A stretch of DNA of 11,573 nt from Planctomycetota bacterium (lineage in GTDB: Bacteria > Planctomycetota > B15-G4 > JADJEK01), in the NCBI GenBank assembly GCA_044225365.1, contig JBGAIQ010000093.1, positions 1 through 11,573 of the forward strand, read 5' to 3'. Both the position numbers and the translations under genes were made by a program. Position 1 is the stretch's first letter; every line of letters begins with the position of its first letter. Of this stretch, positions 6,995 to 11,573 are shown piece by piece. The notes under the pieces are model-generated. The model saw only the letters and a program-made list of their open reading frames with translations. It was not told the DNA's origin and made no database searches.

Positions 6995-9280
6995 TCAGCG
7001 ACTGACGTACTGTCCGCCGTTCTCCTCGGCGAGACGGCGCAGGAACGCGGCGTTGTGGTCCTTGCCCACGCCGACGGCATGGATGACGACACGCGACAGC
7101 TTGTTCCACTCGCGCACGCGGCGCAGGATCTCCTCGCCGTCGGTCACCTCGCCCTGCGTTGGCTCGCCGTCGGTGAGGAAGAAGATCGTGTCGACGTTGC
7201 TCACGTACGCCTTGTCGATGCTGCCGATGCCCGCGAGCCGAAACGCCTCGCGCAGCGCGTCGTAGATGTTCGTACCGCCGACCGCGGTGATCTCCTTGTC
7301 GATGAACGTCGCCGCGCGCTTGCGCGTCTCGGCGCTCGATTTCTGCATCGTCTTCTGCCAGCGATCGACGTCGCTCGAGAAGTGGATGATGTTGAACATC
7401 TCACCGTCCTTCAGCGCGGTGATCGCGGTCGTGAGTTCGAACTTGGCCACTTCGATGCGCTTCTTCGCGCCGTTCTTGCCGGTGATCGTGTCGGTCGCGG
7501 CTTCGTTCATCGAGCCCGAGCGATCAAGCACGAAGAGGATGCGCGCCGACTTCGTCGTGATGCCGTAGAACGAGACGTGATCGCCGGAATTGCGCCAGTC
7601 GGGCGCCTTCTCGCCACCTTTGGCGACGTCCGCCGGCACGTCGGGGACGGGCTTCTTCGTGGGGTCGTAGGTCGCCTCGTTCTTCGCCCACCAATCCTTC
7701 CACAGATTCGCGTCGCCGCTGAAGTGCTTGCCCGTGAGTTCGAACAGCGCTTGCTCGGCGTCCTCGATCAACCGGCCGGTCTCGACGGAGAGCGACGCGA
7801 TCAAGGCGGCAATGCCCTTCTTGCTCGGAGCGCCGGCGAGCACTCGCATCGCGGCCGCGCGAATGCGCCAATCCGCGTCCTTCAAGAGCGTGTCCGCGCA
7901 CAGATCGACCGCGCCGGGATCCCCCATCGTCGCGAGCGCGTCGAGCGCCGCGAGGCGCGTGTTGATCTCGGGATCCTTCGCAGCGAGATCCCGCAATGCG
8001 GCGGCGATCTTGTCATCCTTGACGAGCGTGAATCCGGCGAGCACCGACGAACGGATGATGCGGTCGTTGTAGCTCTTCGCGAGCTTCAACATCTCGTTCG
8101 CGGCCTTCTGGCGATCCTCCTCCGACATCGCCGCGATCGCGCGCCCCAGACCGCGCGCAGCCGCAGCGACGAGGCGCGCGAACATCGCGCTCTTGTTGCT
8201 CGCTGCCTGCAGCTTGTTCCGCGCCGCGAGCTCCGCGTCGCGATCCGCGATCGTGATCTGACCGTGGCCGCCCGCTGCTGCGATGCCGACCGCCTTCGCG
8301 ACCCGCTCGTACTTCTCGCGCAGATCGACCAGCTCCTTCTCCACCTTGTCGCGTTCGTCGGAGGCCTTCTTCATCACGGCGAGCGGCGTCGAGAACGCAT
8401 CTGGCAGGGGCAACGCGCCGATCAACTCGGCGTAGAACATGCGCGTCTCCGGCGGCGCGTCGTCTCGTAATCCGGCGCGAACGTCCGCGACGACCTTGCC
8501 CTGGTGAGCCTTCTCGAGGCTCGCGAAGATCGACGACAGGGTCTCGATCCGTCGCTTGCGCAAGCGGTCGAGATCGTCGAACTGGACGTGACCCGATTCG
8601 ACCTTGCCCGCGAGCTCCGCGCCCTTCGTCTCGAGATCCTTCTTCTGTTCTGGCTTCGCGCCCGCGAGCTTCTCGCGCGTCGATTTCAGATCGGCTTCCT
8701 GCGTGCGCAGCGTCTCGTCGAGGCGCGCGAGCGTGGACATGTCGGTCTTGAGGCCGGCGAGCAGTCCGTCCCACACGTCGTCCGGCCGACCCTTGCCAAC
8801 GACGTCGATCGCCTTCAGGAGACCTTCGGTGATCGCGGCGTTGATCGCGCGGAGCTGCGGATAGATCTGCTTCGCCTTCTCGAGGTCCTTCTCGGCGTCC
8901 TTCACCTTCTGCTCGGCGTCGGCGCGCTCCTGGCCCTGCAGCTCCTTCAACGCCGTCGTGGCCTGCTCCACGGTCATGCGCGCTTTCTCGAGCTTGACCG
9001 CGTACTCGCCGATTCGCTTCGCGACCTTCTCGGCGTCGAGCATGAGGATGTCGAGCGCCTGCGGATCGACGATCGAAGCGATCTTGTCGATCGCCGCCTT
9101 CGCCGCCGTCATGTCGAGGCCATCGAGCGTTTCCGCCGTGATCTTGTCGCGGACCGCGGCGATGTACTCCCCGCGCGCGGTCTCGAGGTCGCCCGCGCGC
9201 GCGCCCCCGCACAGGAACGAGAGCATCGATATCATCGATGAAGCGAAGAGGACGAACGCGCGAATCGCGGGAGTCGGCAT
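6995..9280 (-). CDS. Exported HEAT-repeat and von Willebrand factor A domain protein with a coiled-coil-like N-terminal region
   Basis: ATG 9280 gives signal-like MPTPAIRAFVLFASSMISMLSFLCGGARA; the track start at 9520 overlaps the upstream gene. A K/E/A-rich helical region is followed by HEAT-like units (TRLAALDALA, WRIRAAAMRVL), the LTGKHF..DANLWKDWW and SFYGI segments, and a vWA domain with MIDAS DRSGS (7511-7525), GGTN and FLTDG. Confidence 0.88.
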   Translation of the reverse strand: MPTPAIRAFVLFASSMISMLSFLCGGARAGDLETARGEYIAAVRDKITAETLDGLDMTAAKAAIDKIASIVDPQALDILMLDAEKVAKRIGEYAVKLEKARMTVEQATTALKELQGQERADAEQKVKDAEKDLEKAKQIYPQLRAINAAITEGLLKAIDVVGKGRPDDVWDGLLAGLKTDMSTLARLDETLRTQEADLKSTREKLAGAKPEQKKDLETKGAELAGKVESGHVQFDDLDRLRKRRIETLSSIFASLEKAHQGKVVADVRAGLRDDAPPETRMFYAELIGALPLPDAFSTPLAVMKKASDERDKVEKELVDLREKYERVAKAVGIAAAGGHGQITIADRDAELAARNKLQAASNKSAMFARLVAAAARGLGRAIAAMSEEDRQKAANEMLKLAKSYNDRIIRSSVLAGFTLVKDDKIAAALRDLAAKDPEINTRLAALDALATMGDPGAVDLCADTLLKDADWRIRAAAMRVLAGAPSKKGIAALIASLSVETGRLIEDAEQALFELTGKHFSGDANLWKDWWAKNEATYDPTKKPVPDVPADVAKGGEKAPDWRNSGDHVSFYGITTKSARILFVLDRSGSMNEAATDTITGKNGAKKRIEVAKFELTTAITALKDGEMFNIIHFSSDVDRWQKTMQKSSAETRKRAATFIDKEITAVGGTNIYDALREAFRLAGIGSIDKAYVSNVDTIFFLTDGEPTQGEVTDGEEILRRVREWNKLSRVVIHAVGVGKDHNAAFLRRLAEENGGQYVSR

Positions 9281-9341
9281 GAGTTGGGAACCTGGCGAGC
9301 GATGGAAACGGAATACGGCTTGGCCGTGGGTGGAAGCGCCG

Positions 9342-9350
9342 ATGTTAGCA
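9342..9350 (-). promoter_or_regulatory. Possible extended -10 promoter element upstream of the HEAT/vWA gene
   Basis: Minus strand reads TGC-TAACAT (TGn-TAnnnT), about 60 nt upstream of ATG 9280. No convincing -35. Confidence 0.25.
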
Positions 9351-9414
9351 AGGAAGGAGCGACCCGTGACAGTTGGGCGGCTTCCGTTTCGCGAAGCGGC
9401 CGCGCGCGCCGAGA

Positions 9415-10071
9415 TCAACCTCTGACCGTCACCGAACCCGTGAATGCCTCCGTCGGCACGCGCTTCATCGACTCCTCGAATGCGCAGAAGCTCTTGAACG
9501 ACGCGAGGAACGCGGCGCACGATCCCGGCGCATCGGCGTCCGCGGCGCGCGCCTCAGCGCCGGGTGCGACATCGCATTCGAGGACCGCTCCGTCGTGCTC
9601 CAAGAGCAGGATCGAGTATCCCTGATCGGGGCCGCCCGTGGCGAAGAAGTCGGGAGTTCCGACGAACTGCGGGTTCTCGAGCTGGGCCGCGACGACCTCT
9701 CGCGCAAGATGGCCAGAGCAAAACGGTGCGCCACCGCGATCGCGCTCGCTGCGCACGAAGGTCCCGTCGCGCCAGACGGCCCACACGACGTGATGCGCCG
9801 AATCCGGGCCGCCCGCCGTGGTGAATTCGATCTTCGCGAGCACGGCCGTGCCCGCGATGCCGTCGCCAACGAGCGTGCGATGCGACTTCTTCGCCACATC
9901 GAAGAGCGCGCCCGATGGAGGAGGCGGCGTCCGTTCCGGCACGACGTGAACGATGGGATGAATTGGAGACGGCGCGGTCGACTCGATCGGCGTCGGAGCA
10001 GGACGATTCGATTGCACGCAGCCGATATTCAGGGCGAACAAAGCCGCAGAAACGCAGATCGCCTTCTTCAT
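9415..10071 (-). CDS. Hypothetical lipoprotein
   Basis: MKKAICVSAALFALNIG-C has a basic n-region, hydrophobic core and lipobox-like Cys. A Pro-rich linker and a globular region (VWAVWRDGTFVRS) follow. GAGGA RBS upstream of ATG 10071. Confidence 0.75.
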   Translation of the reverse strand: MKKAICVSAALFALNIGCVQSNRPAPTPIESTAPSPIHPIVHVVPERTPPPPSGALFDVAKKSHRTLVGDGIAGTAVLAKIEFTTAGGPDSAHHVVWAVWRDGTFVRSERDRGGAPFCSGHLAREVVAAQLENPQFVGTPDFFATGGPDQGYSILLLEHDGAVLECDVAPGAEARAADADAPGSCAAFLASFKSFCAFEESMKRVPTEAFTGSVTVRG

Positions 10072-10240
10072 GTTCCTCAGGGTCCTTCACCGGATCGTCG
10101 TCGCGCCGCGTATCGTCGGAGTCTACGTGGCGAGAACCACCGCTGTAACGTCGACGCCCTGTTCTCGCCAATGGACTCGCCTTCGCTCGTCCGGGCGCTA
10201 CGTTCGGTGCCCCATCACGAGGACTTCGAAAGGAAGCGAC

Positions 10241-10810
10241 ATGAGCTTGATTCGGGACACCCTTCGGATCTTGAAGCCGTTGATCTTCGTGTGCTGGATC
10301 GTCGCCGCCGTGCGTCTCGTCGTCGAGGCGAGGACCAAGGACGTCAATGTGGTCGCGATGGTGAGCGTCTACGCGACCGTGTTCGTCGTCTTCCTCTTCG
10401 CCGGATTCACGGGGCAGTTCGACCGCCTGCGCTGGAAGGGTCTGTTCATCGCCCCGTTGGTGCTCGGCATCGCCTGCTGGACGGTGCCGAATTTCATCGC
10501 CTACTCCATCGGACAATTCGCGGGCTGGAACCATGGGAGGTTCCTCGTCGATGCGGAGCACTACGCGATCCAGAAACCCCTCATCGAGGGTGGGATGAGT
10601 ATCTTCGAAGCGAAGGCGAAGTCGGAGGAGATCCTGAAGCGAGAAGATCCGTCGCGGACCGCGCCGATCGCACCGACTTCGGCCGGGAAGATCCTGACGG
10701 CGCTCTCCGTCGCCGGATTCACGACGATCGGCGGAGTCGTGTGGAGCCTCGTGTTCGGGCTGCTGCTCGTGGGCATCCCGGCGACGGTGCGAAGCCGGCG
10801 CTCGAGCTGA
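10241..10810 (+). CDS. Hypothetical integral membrane protein (about 4 TM helices)
   Basis: ATG 10241 is preceded by AAAGGA. Hydrophobic segments LIFVCWIVAAVRLVV, VVAMVSVYATVFVVFLFAGF, LFIAPLVLGIACWTVPNFIAY and FTTIGGVVWSLVFGLLLVGIPA, with a basic C-tail. Confidence 0.8.
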   Translation: MSLIRDTLRILKPLIFVCWIVAAVRLVVEARTKDVNVVAMVSVYATVFVVFLFAGFTGQFDRLRWKGLFIAPLVLGIACWTVPNFIAYSIGQFAGWNHGRFLVDAEHYAIQKPLIEGGMSIFEAKAKSEEILKREDPSRTAPIAPTSAGKILTALSVAGFTTIGGVVWSLVFGLLLVGIPATVRSRRSS

Positions 10811-10826
10811 CCGCCTTCGGATCGTC

Positions 10827-11078
10827 CTACTGCTTCTCGTGGCGATAGCGCGTGCGGAAGATCGCGATGCCGACGAGGCCGATTCCGACGAGGAGGAGCG
10901 TGGTCGGTTCGAGCATCGGCGCGGCCGAGGCTCGCACCGGGTTGGTCGCCGAATCGATGACGGAGGCGTGGGCGACGGACGCGGTCAGCGCCGCGAGTAG
11001 CGTGGTCCGAAGGACGAGACGTAGGGACGTTCGCATCGAGGTGACCCAGCTAGCGGAGGAACGAGGGTGCCGAAACAT
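10827..11078 (-). CDS. Small PEP-CTERM-like sorting-domain protein (83 aa; 69 aa if it starts at 11036)
   Basis: ATG 11078 has a GAGGA RBS. Signal peptide ends LAALTASVAHA. C-terminus LEPTTLLLVGIGLVGIAIFRTRYRHEKQ has an xEP motif, a TM helix and a basic tail, as in PEP-CTERM. Confidence 0.75.
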   Translation of the reverse strand: MFRHPRSSASWVTSMRTSLRLVLRTTLLAALTASVAHASVIDSATNPVRASAAPMLEPTTLLLVGIGLVGIAIFRTRYRHEKQ

Positions 11079-11428
11079 GGTGTCCTCGCACGCATTCGCT
11101 GGAGAAGCGACACCAGCGCGGAGTGTGGGTTCCGTGCGAGTCATGCTTCCAGTCGGGCGAATCGTGCTCGCGAGCGATCGGATCGTGGGCAGGATCGCGA
11201 TGGCCGCTCGTGAATGCCGAAGACCTGAACCAAGGCTGAACGAATTCAATGATTGCGCGAGAACCAGGAACTGTCAAGGTGAGCGGGTTCCTACTTCGGA
11301 CGGGCTCGCGTCGTCCTTGAGGCCTGGAAGGGGTGCAATCTCGGAAAGCGCACGATCCGCCGCTCCCGAAAGGGAACGACGGATCGCGAGCGAGAATCAC
11401 CGAAGGAACTGTCGATTCCCCTTCAGTG

Positions 11429-11443
11429 GAGCGCGAAGCGCTC
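11429..11443. other. Short perfect hairpin just downstream of the stop at 11451 (possible terminator or REP-like element)
   Basis: GAGCGC-GAA-GCGCTC, a 6-bp stem with a GNA loop. No poly-T tail. Confidence 0.4.
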
Positions 11444-11450
11444 GCTCAGA

Positions 11451-11573
11451 TCACGGCAGCGCGGGCTGGATGTGCAGCGCGTCCGTCGTCTCGAGGCCGC
11501 CCGCGGGTTTGGCGACGAGCCACTGGACGTAGGCCGCGAGCCCGGAGCAGCCGAGTCCCGGCGGGATCGGGGC
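11451..11573 (-). CDS. C-terminal 40 aa of a gene entering from the right edge (probably a secreted protein)
   Basis: Translated by hand: ...APIPPGLGCSGLAAYVQWLVAKPAGGLETTDALHIQPALP*, with TGA at 11451-11453. Third positions are almost all G/C. Not in the ORF track. Confidence 0.75.
   Translation of the reverse strand, partial: APIPPGLGCSGLAAYVQWLVAKPAGGLETTDALHIQPALP

Noticed and set aside
5954-8470. 838-aa plus-strand ORF
   Set aside because: Antisense shadow of regB and the vWA gene, with no recognisable motifs.
1867-9800. Frequent CGATCG/GCGATCGC (HIP1-like) sites
   Set aside because: They can be explained by GCG-ATC-GC (Ala-Ile-Ala) codon usage and CpG-rich composition. Enrichment cannot be shown without genome-wide counts.
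11079-11300. Sigma-54 promoter upstream of the PEP-CTERM-like gene
   Set aside because: The candidate GG...GC pairs I checked (for example TGGAAGCATGACTCGC) lack the required GG-N10-GC spacing.

Overview
GC-rich bacterial window whose protein families suggest Planctomycetota (inference). From left to right: (1) a secreted M43/pappalysin-like zinc metalloprotease with an IPT/TIG-like domain (minus strand, <1..1709), missing from the ORF track because it runs off the window; (2) a PLP-dependent Cys/Met metabolism enzyme of the methionine gamma-lyase/cystathionine gamma-synthase family; (3) a divergent secreted protein with two FG-GAP-like motifs; (4) a palindrome-rich 73-bp tandem repeat (about 3.4 copies) between convergent genes; (5) a minus-strand cluster of lipoprotein, HEAT/vWA protein, RegB-like kinase and RegA-like regulator; (6) a small membrane protein; (7) a tiny PEP-CTERM-like protein; (8) the C-terminal tail of another minus-strand gene. 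No CRISPR array, rRNA, tRNA or transposase was seen. The best leads are the structured GGA-rich/REP-like repeat downstream of regA, the near cargo-less PEP-CTERM-like peptide, the vWA-HEAT/RegBA coupling and a C-terminal motif shared by two proteins. All are hypotheses from manual reading; no database search or folding was run.
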